Source: Acidobacteriota bacterium (GTDB lineage Bacteria > Acidobacteriota > UBA890 > WLXD01). Taken from it: a stretch of 64,000 bases of DNA. The stretch covers positions 398,460 through 462,459 of the forward strand of contig WLXD01000004.1 of assembly GCA_012103255.1 (NCBI GenBank), in the 5' to 3' direction. Below, piece by piece: positions 28,750 to 37,679 of the stretch. Every line of letters starts with the position of its first letter. Within the stretch, counting starts at the first letter, position 1. The notes beneath the pieces were generated by a model. It worked only from the letters and a program-made list of their open reading frames with translations. It did not search any database and was not told where the DNA came from. A program made the translations under genes and the position numbers.

Positions 28750-30026
28750 GGACGCCCCGTTGGGGTCGGCGGGCCGGCGGGTGAGCTGCCCGCTGCTGGC
28801 GCGACGACGATTCGACTGGGATCCTCCAAAGCGATGACGTCGCCTTGATCGAGACCCGATTCGATGACGACACTCCCCAAAGCGATCGGGCCAAGCACCA
28901 CGTCGACGCGCTCGAATTCGCCGCCACTGCTACGAAAGACGTACGGGTTCGTCTCTTCGTCCCGGAAGATCGCTTCGCGCGGCACCGTGATCACGTCGGC
29001 GAGGTCCTGAACGAGCAGCGTCGCTCGCACGCGTTGTCCGGGCTTCATCTTGGTCGGATCGGTGAGTTCCAACTCCAAATCGATATCGAAGTATTGCACC
29101 GGTGACCAGCGTGTTCGGCGCTTTGCCACGGCGGCGACGCGGCGAACTTCAGCGTCGAAAGGCTCTGCGGGATGAGCCTCCAGCGTTACGAATGCTTCGA
29201 TTCCCTCTTCAACTCCCCCTGCGTCAGCTTCGAGCACGTAAACCTGCGCCTTCATGGTGTCGAGCTGCGGAATCTCGGCGATCGGGCGTCCAGGCCAGGT
29301 CATCGCGCCGACCTGCGGCGGCTCTCCACGATCACGCCGCAGCACGAAGATGCCGGCGTGCGGTGCGCGAATCTCGAGTTGCCTCAGGCCAGCGTCAGCC
29401 TTCTCGATGCGCAGCTCCGCCTGTCGCTGCTGCAACCCGAGAAGATCGAGTTCGACTTCTCCCTGTTCGGCGCTCAGATCTCGCGCCCGGCTCGCGTGAT
29501 CCTTGCGCCGCGTGGCCAGCTCCTCGTCGATCTCCGACTCGAGAATCTCGTTGCGCGAGTAGATTTCCTGATCGGTGGTCTGGAACTCCCGCGAGTGATC
29601 GAGTTGGAGATCCGCGATCTGTTCATCGCGCTCCAGATTGTCGAGTGTCGTCGACTGCTCGATATTGCGGCCTTCGACCTGACTCAGCGCCTTGTCCCGA
29701 TCGGCCACGCCGGAGAAGCGCTCCTGTTCCATCTCGGTGGGATCAAAACGAATGACCACGTCACCTTCGGCAACTTCTGAGCCGTCTTCCGCCAACCACG
29801 CCACCTTCATGGGGCCGTTGGTGGATCGGGGTGAAGCGATCGGCGTCGCGTTCTCGGCTACCAGGATCCCCTCGGCGTCAACCTTGTGCTGAAAGCGCCC
29901 CCCCTCTACCGTGAAGGTGGGAACGGGCGATGACTGCCCGACGGCTCCAGCAAGCGTCGAGCCCAGCAGCCACAGCGCGGGCATGCTCAGGAGCAAGGTC
30001 AGGAGAACGAGTCGGGTGCGATTCAT
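28746..30026 (-). CDS. HlyD/membrane-fusion-protein family periplasmic adaptor subunit (third of three)
   Basis: Signal peptide, long coiled-coil middle, C-terminal beta-barrel-like segment. 4-nt overlaps on both sides. Confidence 0.75.
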   Translation of the reverse strand: MNRTRLVLLTLLLSMPALWLLGSTLAGAVGQSSPVPTFTVEGGRFQHKVDAEGILVAENATPIASPRSTNGPMKVAWLAEDGSEVAEGDVVIRFDPTEMEQERFSGVADRDKALSQVEGRNIEQSTTLDNLERDEQIADLQLDHSREFQTTDQEIYSRNEILESEIDEELATRRKDHASRARDLSAEQGEVELDLLGLQQRQAELRIEKADAGLRQLEIRAPHAGIFVLRRDRGEPPQVGAMTWPGRPIAEIPQLDTMKAQVYVLEADAGGVEEGIEAFVTLEAHPAEPFDAEVRRVAAVAKRRTRWSPVQYFDIDLELELTDPTKMKPGQRVRATLLVQDLADVITVPREAIFRDEETNPYVFRSSGGEFERVDVVLGPIALGSVVIESGLDQGDVIALEDPSRIVVAPAAGSSPAGPPTPTGRP

Positions 30027-31270
30027 GATGCCAGGCTCGTACCGGAGATCCGGTCGCCGACCGCGAGCCCGCCCAGAACTTCAACCATGTCCGAACTTCT
30101 CCGCCCCAATTCAACCGGCACGGACTCATGTCCGAACACCGTCTTGCGGAAGACCACCGGGCCGTCCGCGGTCGGGAACACAGCGTGGACCGGAACAACC
30201 AGTACGCCTTCGACCCTTTCGGTCTCGATCTCACCGCGAAAACGCATACCTGGCCGCATCCGCTCCACGTCGGTTTCCTCGAGGTCGAGTTCGATGCGCA
30301 CAACTTTGATTGGATTGCGCGAGAACGACTTGCGCTGCACGGTGCGCCAGATGGACTCGATCCGCGCACGATAGAGAACGTCCGGATGGGCATCGAGGCG
30401 CAGCGTCACCACTTGCGCGTCGGAGATCCTGCCGGCGTCCGACTCGTCCACCTCTCCCCGAGCCATCATGGTGGACAGATCGGGAAGCTCGATGATCTCC
30501 TCGCGGCGCCAAACCTGGTCGCCGACTTTCTTCTTGTCGCCGCGCCAGTTCGTGACGTAGATCACCGTGCCCGGACGCGGTGCCGTCACCGTCATGGCTT
30601 CGACCGCGTTCTGCACCTCCTCGACAAGGCGCACCGCGCGATCACGCTGCGCCACCAGCGCCTGGCGTTGTGCGGCGCCGGCATCCGCCGCCGCGTTCAG
30701 TCTTCCCTCGAGGCTCGCTACACGCCGGGTAGCCAGTTCGAGATCGAGTCCGTCGACCTCTGCCTGGTTCGCTGCGCGCAGATCGTCGGGCACGTCATTC
30801 TTGAGCGCCGCTCGGCGCGCTTCGGCCTGGGCCTCAGCGAGCTCGAGCCGCATGCCCATCAGTTGCTGTTCGAGATCGACATCGAGTTTCTCGATGTTCT
30901 TGTCGGCTTGCTGGGCGTCGGTCTGCAATTGCAACAACCGTTGCTCGAGCTGCGATACGTCGAAGCCGAGCACTGGCTCTCCGGCTGCGACGTCAGCTCC
31001 CTCCGCGGCCATAAAACTGATCTGAAAATCCTGTACTTCACTCACTTGCGGCGGCGTGACCATGCTCGCCTCGCGAGAGGCCAGCGTGCCCTCGACCTCC
31101 ACAGTGAGTACAAGGTCATCGACTGCCACGGGAATCCAGCTCACCTCGCTGTCTCCCGAGAACACACGCGTGAGCCCCCACCCAACGATGGCAAGCGCCA
31201 ACACGACGCCAACTACCAGCTTCACGAGTGTGGCGCGGCGCAGACCGCCGCCAAGACCGGGAGCGCTCAT
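30023..31270 (-). CDS. HlyD/membrane-fusion-protein family periplasmic adaptor subunit (second of three)
   Basis: N-terminal signal anchor LVKLVVGVVLALAIVGWGL and a coiled-coil region. Start MSAPGL at 31270 overlaps the upstream stop in an ATGA overlap. Confidence 0.75.
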   Translation of the reverse strand: MSAPGLGGGLRRATLVKLVVGVVLALAIVGWGLTRVFSGDSEVSWIPVAVDDLVLTVEVEGTLASREASMVTPPQVSEVQDFQISFMAAEGADVAAGEPVLGFDVSQLEQRLLQLQTDAQQADKNIEKLDVDLEQQLMGMRLELAEAQAEARRAALKNDVPDDLRAANQAEVDGLDLELATRRVASLEGRLNAAADAGAAQRQALVAQRDRAVRLVEEVQNAVEAMTVTAPRPGTVIYVTNWRGDKKKVGDQVWRREEIIELPDLSTMMARGEVDESDAGRISDAQVVTLRLDAHPDVLYRARIESIWRTVQRKSFSRNPIKVVRIELDLEETDVERMRPGMRFRGEIETERVEGVLVVPVHAVFPTADGPVVFRKTVFGHESVPVELGRRSSDMVEVLGGLAVGDRISGTSLAS

Positions 31271-32505
31271 CGCGCGACCTCCACTCGGGCGCCTTCGGCC
31301 AGCCCCTCGCGGACGATGCACTCGCGCGCGTTGCACGGCCCCAATTCGACGGGTTGCGTTGCGCCGCCCGGAAGCCGGACGGTAGCTCCGTCGTCGGTGA
31401 AGCTCAGTGCCGCGCGCGCCACGAGCAGCGCCTCATCGCGTGCCGCGGTCTCCACTTCCACTCGGACGGACATCCCGGGCTGCATGATCTCCGGTTCGGC
31501 TTCGTCGAGATCGTTGTGCACCAGGAAGTGCCGCTGTTCGGAGCGCCAGCCGGACTCATGGGCGACGGGGCTGATCTCGCGCACGACGCCGGTGAAGCTC
31601 CGATCCGGATAGGCATCGAGAGTGCAGGCAACGATCATGCCTGGGGTCACCTTGCCATCGTCGACGTCCGACAGCCTGGCTTCAACCGCCATCGATCGTA
31701 GGTCGGGAATTTCCGCCACGGTCGCGCCAACCCAGATCGTGTCGCCAACCTGAAACTTGCGATCCTCTCTGCGGTTCTCCGCCGCAACCGCGATACCCGA
31801 CTGCGGGGCTCTGAGCACCATCGTTTCGATGGCGCGTTGCGCCTCGGCGACTTCGCGCTCCGCGCTGCGAAGATCAACCCGCAGCACCTCGAGTTCAGCC
31901 TCCGAGGAATCCCCGTGACCTTCAAGATCTGCGTCCGCCTTGTCGTATTCCACGCGCGCCTGTTGGAGGGCTAGCTGCGCCTCCTGATACGTCTTCCGGT
32001 CGGTGACATCGAGCGGAACATCTGCCTCGATCTCGGCCTTACGTAGCGCGATTCGCTGCTGCTCGTAGGAGAACTGTCGCTCTTCGAGCTGTCCCGCGAT
32101 CTCGGCGAGTTTGCTATCGATCGCGTTCTGGGCCTGCTGTTGTGCGGTGATCTTGTTCTCGATCTCGCTCGCGAGCTGGGCCGTGTCGAGCTCCACGAGA
32201 GGCGCGCCCTCGATAACTTCGGCGCCGTCGTCGGCCATCCAGCGGATGGTGGTTTCCCAACTCGGCATCCGCGGGATGATCACCGCCTCGCTATTGCGTG
32301 AGCTCAGAGTGCCCGACAACAGAAGCGTCTGACGAAAACTGCCGCGACGCACCGTGTCGTCGGCGACGGGCGCAGTCCCATCTACCGCTGGCGTCGCGTT
32401 GGCGCTCGGCTCAGTTCCACAGCCGGCCAGGAGGAAGCTCAAGAGCAACGCTCCCGCCGCGCATTTCACATGCCGGGGTCGAGTTCCGTTCTGGTTCTCG
32501 AACAT
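31267..32505 (-). CDS. HlyD/membrane-fusion-protein family periplasmic adaptor lipoprotein (first of three)
   Basis: Lipobox LLLSFLLAGCG, coiled-coil. Start MFENQNG at 32505; the track's longer N-terminal extension is rejected. Confidence 0.75.
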   Translation of the reverse strand: MFENQNGTRPRHVKCAAGALLLSFLLAGCGTEPSANATPAVDGTAPVADDTVRRGSFRQTLLLSGTLSSRNSEAVIIPRMPSWETTIRWMADDGAEVIEGAPLVELDTAQLASEIENKITAQQQAQNAIDSKLAEIAGQLEERQFSYEQQRIALRKAEIEADVPLDVTDRKTYQEAQLALQQARVEYDKADADLEGHGDSSEAELEVLRVDLRSAEREVAEAQRAIETMVLRAPQSGIAVAAENRREDRKFQVGDTIWVGATVAEIPDLRSMAVEARLSDVDDGKVTPGMIVACTLDAYPDRSFTGVVREISPVAHESGWRSEQRHFLVHNDLDEAEPEIMQPGMSVRVEVETAARDEALLVARAALSFTDDGATVRLPGGATQPVELGPCNARECIVREGLAEGARVEVAR

Positions 32506-32665
32506 GACGGTCGATTGGCTCCGGATCCGTCGGGGAACGGCCTGTCTATTATCGCCCAAACCATCCCGCCGCAGTAGGACTCTTGACCATTCTTGACGAA
32601 GTTTCGATGTCGTGGCCGAAGGTTTCCGAGCAGCGGATGAAACCATTTCACAGTTTCCGCCGTAC

Positions 32666-32689
32666 GAATAATTCAAATGTAGTTATTCA
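32666..32689. promoter_or_regulatory. Inverted repeat GAATAA-N12-TTATTC in the AT-rich divergent intergenic region between the MFP operon and a PadR gene; candidate operator
   Basis: Read directly: gaataattcaaatgtagttattc. Confidence 0.3.
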
Positions 32690-32712
32690 TTCCTTCTCCA
32701 GGACCGCCTGCC

Positions 32713-33042
32713 ATGCCCGGGAAATTTCTGGCCGAGTTCGAGCTCTACGTCATGCTGGCCGTCGCCCGCCTCGGTGACGATGCGTACGGTGCATCCATAC
32801 GTGACGAGATAGAAAACCGCGTGAACCGCCCAGTTTCGATCGGCGCGCTCTACGCGACGCTTCATCGGCTCGGCGGCAAGGACCTCGTCCGCTTCGAGGA
32901 AGAGGCGGAATCCGGCCGCGCGGGCCGAGCGCGCAAGTACGTGCAGCTCACAGTCGAAGGCCGCGACGCCCTCGATCACTCCACGGCAATGCTGCAGCGC
33001 ATGATGGACGGCGTCGCAACCGAGATCGGAGGTTCCCGATGA
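32713..33042 (+). CDS. PadR family transcriptional regulator
   Basis: FELYVMLAVARLGDDAYGASIRDEI... PadR wHTH. 4-nt overlap with the downstream ADOP gene. Confidence 0.85.
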   Translation: MPGKFLAEFELYVMLAVARLGDDAYGASIRDEIENRVNRPVSIGALYATLHRLGGKDLVRFEEEAESGRAGRARKYVQLTVEGRDALDHSTAMLQRMMDGVATEIGGSR

Positions 33043-35765
33043 ATGAGCCGCGTCCCAACCGTTTCTGGGGATGGCTCCTCAGCCTGGTAGTTCACGCCGA
33101 CGACCGCTGCTTTGCCCGCGATGACCTCGCGGATGGTTTCGAGACTCGCCTACGCGAATCCGGGGCATCGACGGCAAACAGCTGGTACCGGCAACAGGTC
33201 GTACGCTCCCTGTTGCCTTCGCTCCGCGATCGCTGGGTACGACGGCCCCGCGTTCTCGGAGCGCTGTTGATGGACGTCCCGTTTGCGATCCGCTCGCTAG
33301 CCAAGACTCCCGGTGTCGTCACGATCACGATCATCTCCCTCGCCGTTGGCATCGGTGCCACCACCGCAGTGTTCTCCGTAGGCAACGCGATGTTCAGACC
33401 CACTGGAGCAAGTGCCGTATCCGAGCCGGACACTCTGGTGGCGATCTTCACGACGACCGGTGATGGCGACCCGTACGGACGCAGCTCGATACCCGATGTA
33501 CGTGAGGTGGAGAGCGCCGTCGACGCGTTGACGTCCGTGGCAACCCACCGGTTCGGACTGGTCGAAGTTGTCGTGGATGACCATGTAGCGACCTCGATGA
33601 TCGAGATCGTGAGCGGGAACTACTTCGACGTGCTCGGCACGACGCTGGTGCGAGGTCGCGGATTCCAACCCGCCGAGACGACATTCGGTCAGGCGCGCCG
33701 CGTTGTAGTGGTCAGCGAGCGCATGTGGCGCGAGCGACTCGGAAACAACCCCGACGTCATCGGCGAATCGATCGAGATCGACGGCGACATGTTCGAGATC
33801 GTTGGCGTCGCGCCGGACGAACTCGGAAGCCGCACGCTCGCGTTGCGCGTGGAGGCCTGGGTGCCCATCGGAATCCCCGGAGGGATCTTCCTCTCGACCG
33901 AGGAGGAATGGGCCAGCCGCGGCAACCGCGACCACGGAATCGTGGCCCGGTTGGCCGACGGGGCAAACCGCGCCGACGCCACCGCCCAGCTCGACGTTGT
34001 CGCATCCCGCCTCCACAGCACGTACCCGGATGAATGGATCACCAACCGGGAAACCGCGCGCGGCTTCACTATGCTCAGCGAACGTGATTCGCGAGTTCCA
34101 CCCAGCTTCCGCACGGCCTTGGCGACGGCGAGCGGGCTTCTGGTTCTGGCCGCAGCGCTCGTTCTCGCGATCGCCTGCTTCAACGTTGCGAGCCTGCTGT
34201 TGGCTCGAACCGACGCACGGCGACAGGAAATGGCCGTCCGACTTGCGCTGGGAGCGCGCCGACGACGCATCGTGTTCCTCCTTCTGACCGAGTCCGTCAT
34301 GCTCGGGAGCGTCGCCTGCGCGCTCGGGGTTGCCCTCGCCCACTGGCTCGTGGGGCGGTTCGACACCGTCTCACTGCCGATCGGCAATTTCTCGGTTCAA
34401 TTCGACATCGGCCTCGACTCGCGTGTCCTGATCTTCGCGGGACTCGTTGCCATGCTCACGAGCATCGGCTTCGGCCTGCTTCCCGCTCGCCGAGGCTCGC
34501 GACCGGATCTCGTACCGGCACTCAAGGGCGTTGGCGACTATGCGGGCGCCGGCGCGGGCAAGAGTCGATTCCGCAGCTTGTTGATCGTTGGTCAGGTGGC
34601 TGGCGCTGTGATCTTTGTCGTTGGTGCCGGCACGTCTCTGCGAAGTTTTGACGAACTCGCCGCCCTCGACTGGGGCGTCGACGCCGCCGGCGTGGCGGTA
34701 ATGAGCAAGGACCTGCCCGTGGAGATGGCACCCGCTGAGCGCGACGCAGAGTACCGAGACTTGCTGGCGGGCCTCCGCGATCGGCCAGAGATCGACGAGG
34801 TCCAGCTCGGGACCACAGTCGAGGGCACCACAATGTTCTTCGAGAACCGATCTCGGGTGAGCACCGCCGGCTACGAACCCGCGCCGGGCGAATCGACCCG
34901 CCTGCTCTACAACGCAGTAACACCTGGCTACATCGAGATGATGGGCATTCGTGTCGTGGGTGGAAGGACCTTCACGAGTGCTGACGACTTCGACGCGGCG
35001 CGCGTCGCGGTGGTCAACGAATCGTTCGCCGAACGGTTCTGGCCGGGCGAACCCGCACTCGGGCAGACGTTCCGCCTGGCGCGCACCACGGACGACGATG
35101 GCTTCGAAAACGCCGACACTGCCGGCGCCTACACGGTGATCGGCATCGCTGCCGACGCCCGCTACGAAGGGTTCGAGACCACGCAGTCGGAGTACTTCTG
35201 GACCTCACTGCTGCAGAATCCGCCGGCACGAACGATGATCGTGGTCCGGGCCAAGACCGGCATCGGCGACGCGTTGCAGGCGCTACGCGAAGAGCTGCCC
35301 GCGGATGAGCGTGCCGCACTGGGCCTACCGCCGAGTCCGCTTTCCGACATCCGCGATCTGCAGTTCTCGTTCCTGCGAGTCATCGGCCAGCTCCTCGCGG
35401 CGGCCGGGGTGTTCGGCCTCTTCCTCGCCGCCCTCGGGCTCTATGGAACTGTCGCGTTCGCCGTCACGCGGAGGGGTCGCGAACTGGCGATCCGTCAGGC
35501 GGTCGGAGCGTTGCCGGGACAGGTCGTCAGCCAGGTATTCCGAAGCGGGATGCTGCTAGCGGCAGTGGGACTCGTGCTGGGGATCGCAGTCGTCGTGCCG
35601 CTGGTGGCACTCCTGCGTGCCGAGCTGCAGGGGGTCGCTCCGGTCGAGGTGCTCAGCCTGCTGGTCGGTGTGGCGGTAGCGCTCGCGGTGACAGCCGCGG
35701 CGAGCTACATACCGGCTCGAAGAGCTGTAGGGATCACGCCGGTGGAAGCGCTGCGCGCCGAGTAG
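33039..35765 (+). CDS. ADOP-family duplicated FtsX/MacB-like permease with N-terminal permease-prefix domain
   Basis: 908 aa; duplicated MacB_PCD-FtsX architecture; ends ...GITPVEALRAE. Confidence 0.85.
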   Translation: MNEPRPNRFWGWLLSLVVHADDRCFARDDLADGFETRLRESGASTANSWYRQQVVRSLLPSLRDRWVRRPRVLGALLMDVPFAIRSLAKTPGVVTITIISLAVGIGATTAVFSVGNAMFRPTGASAVSEPDTLVAIFTTTGDGDPYGRSSIPDVREVESAVDALTSVATHRFGLVEVVVDDHVATSMIEIVSGNYFDVLGTTLVRGRGFQPAETTFGQARRVVVVSERMWRERLGNNPDVIGESIEIDGDMFEIVGVAPDELGSRTLALRVEAWVPIGIPGGIFLSTEEEWASRGNRDHGIVARLADGANRADATAQLDVVASRLHSTYPDEWITNRETARGFTMLSERDSRVPPSFRTALATASGLLVLAAALVLAIACFNVASLLLARTDARRQEMAVRLALGARRRRIVFLLLTESVMLGSVACALGVALAHWLVGRFDTVSLPIGNFSVQFDIGLDSRVLIFAGLVAMLTSIGFGLLPARRGSRPDLVPALKGVGDYAGAGAGKSRFRSLLIVGQVAGAVIFVVGAGTSLRSFDELAALDWGVDAAGVAVMSKDLPVEMAPAERDAEYRDLLAGLRDRPEIDEVQLGTTVEGTTMFFENRSRVSTAGYEPAPGESTRLLYNAVTPGYIEMMGIRVVGGRTFTSADDFDAARVAVVNESFAERFWPGEPALGQTFRLARTTDDDGFENADTAGAYTVIGIAADARYEGFETTQSEYFWTSLLQNPPARTMIVVRAKTGIGDALQALREELPADERAALGLPPSPLSDIRDLQFSFLRVIGQLLAAAGVFGLFLAALGLYGTVAFAVTRRGRELAIRQAVGALPGQVVSQVFRSGMLLAAVGLVLGIAVVVPLVALLRAELQGVAPVEVLSLLVGVAVALAVTAAASYIPARRAVGITPVEALRAE

Positions 35766-35774
35766 TCCGGGAAC

Positions 35775-36329
35775 CTAGAGCCAGCGTCGCACGCTCAAGC
35801 AATAGTCCACGTACTGAGCACCGAACCTGTCGACCAGCATGCGCTCCTCCATAGCGATGAACCGCGTGGTGATCACCCAGACAAAGCCGAGCATCGGCAG
35901 GAAGGCGCTAGCGCATGACAGACGAATCGCGGCCGCGAACAGAATGAGCGCCATCGCCAGATAGATCGGGTTGCGGCTCCAGCGATACGGGCCACGCACG
36001 ATCAGCGCGTCCGACACCGCACCGGGTTCGATGGTGGTCCGATGCAAGTGAAACTGAATAGCGCTGGCGGCGAAAAGCAGGAGCGCGAATCCGCCGATTC
36101 CACGACTGACTGTCTCGGCGGCCGGGATCTCGAAGTCCGCGATCGGCAGGTAGGTGCGCAGTGCCCACTGCATGCCAAGCCCACCGAGCAGCCAGAAAGG
36201 CGGCAGGATCCGGGGGCGTTCAACTTCGCTCACGCGGCGCAGTATCCCACGCTGCGAAGGCTGCGCGCGCCGCTTGAGGAGAACGCTCGATCCGGCTCTA
36301 GCGGCTCGGCGCGGCGCGCGGACCAGCAA
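35775..36329 (-). CDS. Isoprenylcysteine carboxyl methyltransferase (ICMT)/phospholipid methyltransferase-like membrane methyltransferase
   Basis: Motif RGPYRWSRNPIYL typical of the ICMT/PEMT family; about 4 TM. The start is uncertain: M at 36329 overlaps the upstream gene, with an alternative GTG at 36233. Confidence 0.6.
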   Translation of the reverse strand: MLVRAPRRAARAGSSVLLKRRAQPSQRGILRRVSEVERPRILPPFWLLGGLGMQWALRTYLPIADFEIPAAETVSRGIGGFALLLFAASAIQFHLHRTTIEPGAVSDALIVRGPYRWSRNPIYLAMALILFAAAIRLSCASAFLPMLGFVWVITTRFIAMEERMLVDRFGAQYVDYCLSVRRWL

Positions 36330-36690
36330 TCAACGACTGCTCGTCGCTGACGACGAACTGTGCGCCGACAACCGAAACGAAGCCCGCGACCGGGAGCAGA
36401 CACAGCCAGGTGCCAAACCACAGAGCGCTGCCAACGAGTGCGACTAGCATGGCAAAGTTCGCCGGGCAGTCGGTCCAACGATGGACTTCAACATTCACCA
36501 ACTCGCGATGCCGCCGGGCGCGGTAGACGACCGCGAGTCCGCCGATCAGAAGGAGGGCGCCAAGCCACGCCTGCCCAGCGGCCACGACAAGCGCCGGCCC
36601 GGGGAGCAACAGCCAGAGAGCGGTTTGCTGTGCAAGGGCTACTGCGAACCACGCCGCGGGCACGCGATTGTTCGTCTGGGTGGGCTTCAT
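36298..36690 (-). CDS. Small integral membrane protein of unknown function
   Basis: ACGGAG 9 nt upstream of ATG at 36690; 3-4 hydrophobic helices. Confidence 0.45.
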   Translation of the reverse strand: MKPTQTNNRVPAAWFAVALAQQTALWLLLPGPALVVAAGQAWLGALLLIGGLAVVYRARRHRELVNVEVHRWTDCPANFAMLVALVGSALWFGTWLCLLPVAGFVSVVGAQFVVSDEQSLIAGPRAAPSR

Positions 36691-36946
36691 CGGGTGGGCT
36701 CCGTAGGACGTGGGGTCGTCCGTCTTAATCAAGTGTTTATATTCTTAACAGTTTCTTAACATTCGAGCAAGAGCTTTACGAGACCGCCCGGCCGCGCCAG
36801 TAGACCTGGTACTGCGTCAAACAGACGTGCAGACTCGACATAGACCAGCTCCCGACGATCCGATCTCCCGATCACCGATGACGGAACCGATCGTTTGGGC
36901 AGTACCCAACAGACATCACGCGCCCTGAACCCGATCGGAGGACACC

Positions 36947-37645
36947 ATGTCCCATCGTCTTCGCCTCGTCGCCATTGCCGTAGCCGCCGTCATCGCATGG
37001 CCTCTCCTCGCGCAGGACGGCACGGTCGTCGCCTCCGGAACCGGCACCGTGGAATTGGAAGCCGATCGAGCCATCGTCAACATCGCGATCGAGAGCCGCG
37101 GTGAAACTGCCAGCGCAGCGGGAATTGCGAACGCGGGCGTGGCAGCTCAGGTTCGCGCTGCGCTGGGCACGATCGATCTTCCGATGACAGCCGTCACCAC
37201 CGCCCACTACGACATCCAGACGAACTGGCGGCGCCAAGACGGCGAGAGGATTCCGGATGGCTATCGAGCGGTTTTGTCACTTCGCGTCGCCGTCAACGAT
37301 GTAACCCGCGTGGGAACGATCATCGACACCGCCCTGACCGGCGGTGCGACACGCGTCGACGGCATCGAGTTCTCCTCCAGCCGCGCGGAGGCGGCACGTG
37401 CCGAGGCCGCAGCGCTCGCGGTGAAGGACGCGATGCGGACCGCCGAGGCCATCGCCACCGCCGCGGGCGGAAGCCTGGGCGATGTCATCGAACTGACCAC
37501 CCAGGGCAACGTGAGCCCGATGCCGGAGGTTCGGCGATTTCGCGCCGTCGAAGCGATGGCAGCGGACGTCCCCACGGTGGTCACGCCCGGCGCCCTGACG
37601 ATCTCGGCGTATGTGAACGGGCGCTGGCGGTTCGAGGCCCGGTAG
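36947..37645 (+). CDS. SIMPL (DUF541) domain periplasmic protein
   Basis: Signal peptide plus SIMPL-like pattern (…VELEADRAIVNIAIESRGETA…, …GALTISAYVNGRWRF). Confidence 0.7.
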   Translation: MSHRLRLVAIAVAAVIAWPLLAQDGTVVASGTGTVELEADRAIVNIAIESRGETASAAGIANAGVAAQVRAALGTIDLPMTAVTTAHYDIQTNWRRQDGERIPDGYRAVLSLRVAVNDVTRVGTIIDTALTGGATRVDGIEFSSSRAEAARAEAAALAVKDAMRTAEAIATAAGGSLGDVIELTTQGNVSPMPEVRRFRAVEAMAADVPTVVTPGALTISAYVNGRWRFEAR

Positions 37646-37679
37646 CGAAAACCGCCTATCGAGCGGCTGCCCGGACGGA

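Noticed and set aside
27223-28848. 541-aa plus-strand ORF
   Set aside because: Antisense to the FtsX permease and MFP genes; His/Arg/Asp-rich junk translation
30128-31612. 494-aa plus-strand ORF
   Set aside because: Antisense to two MFP genes whose coiled-coil adaptor features are clear on the minus strand
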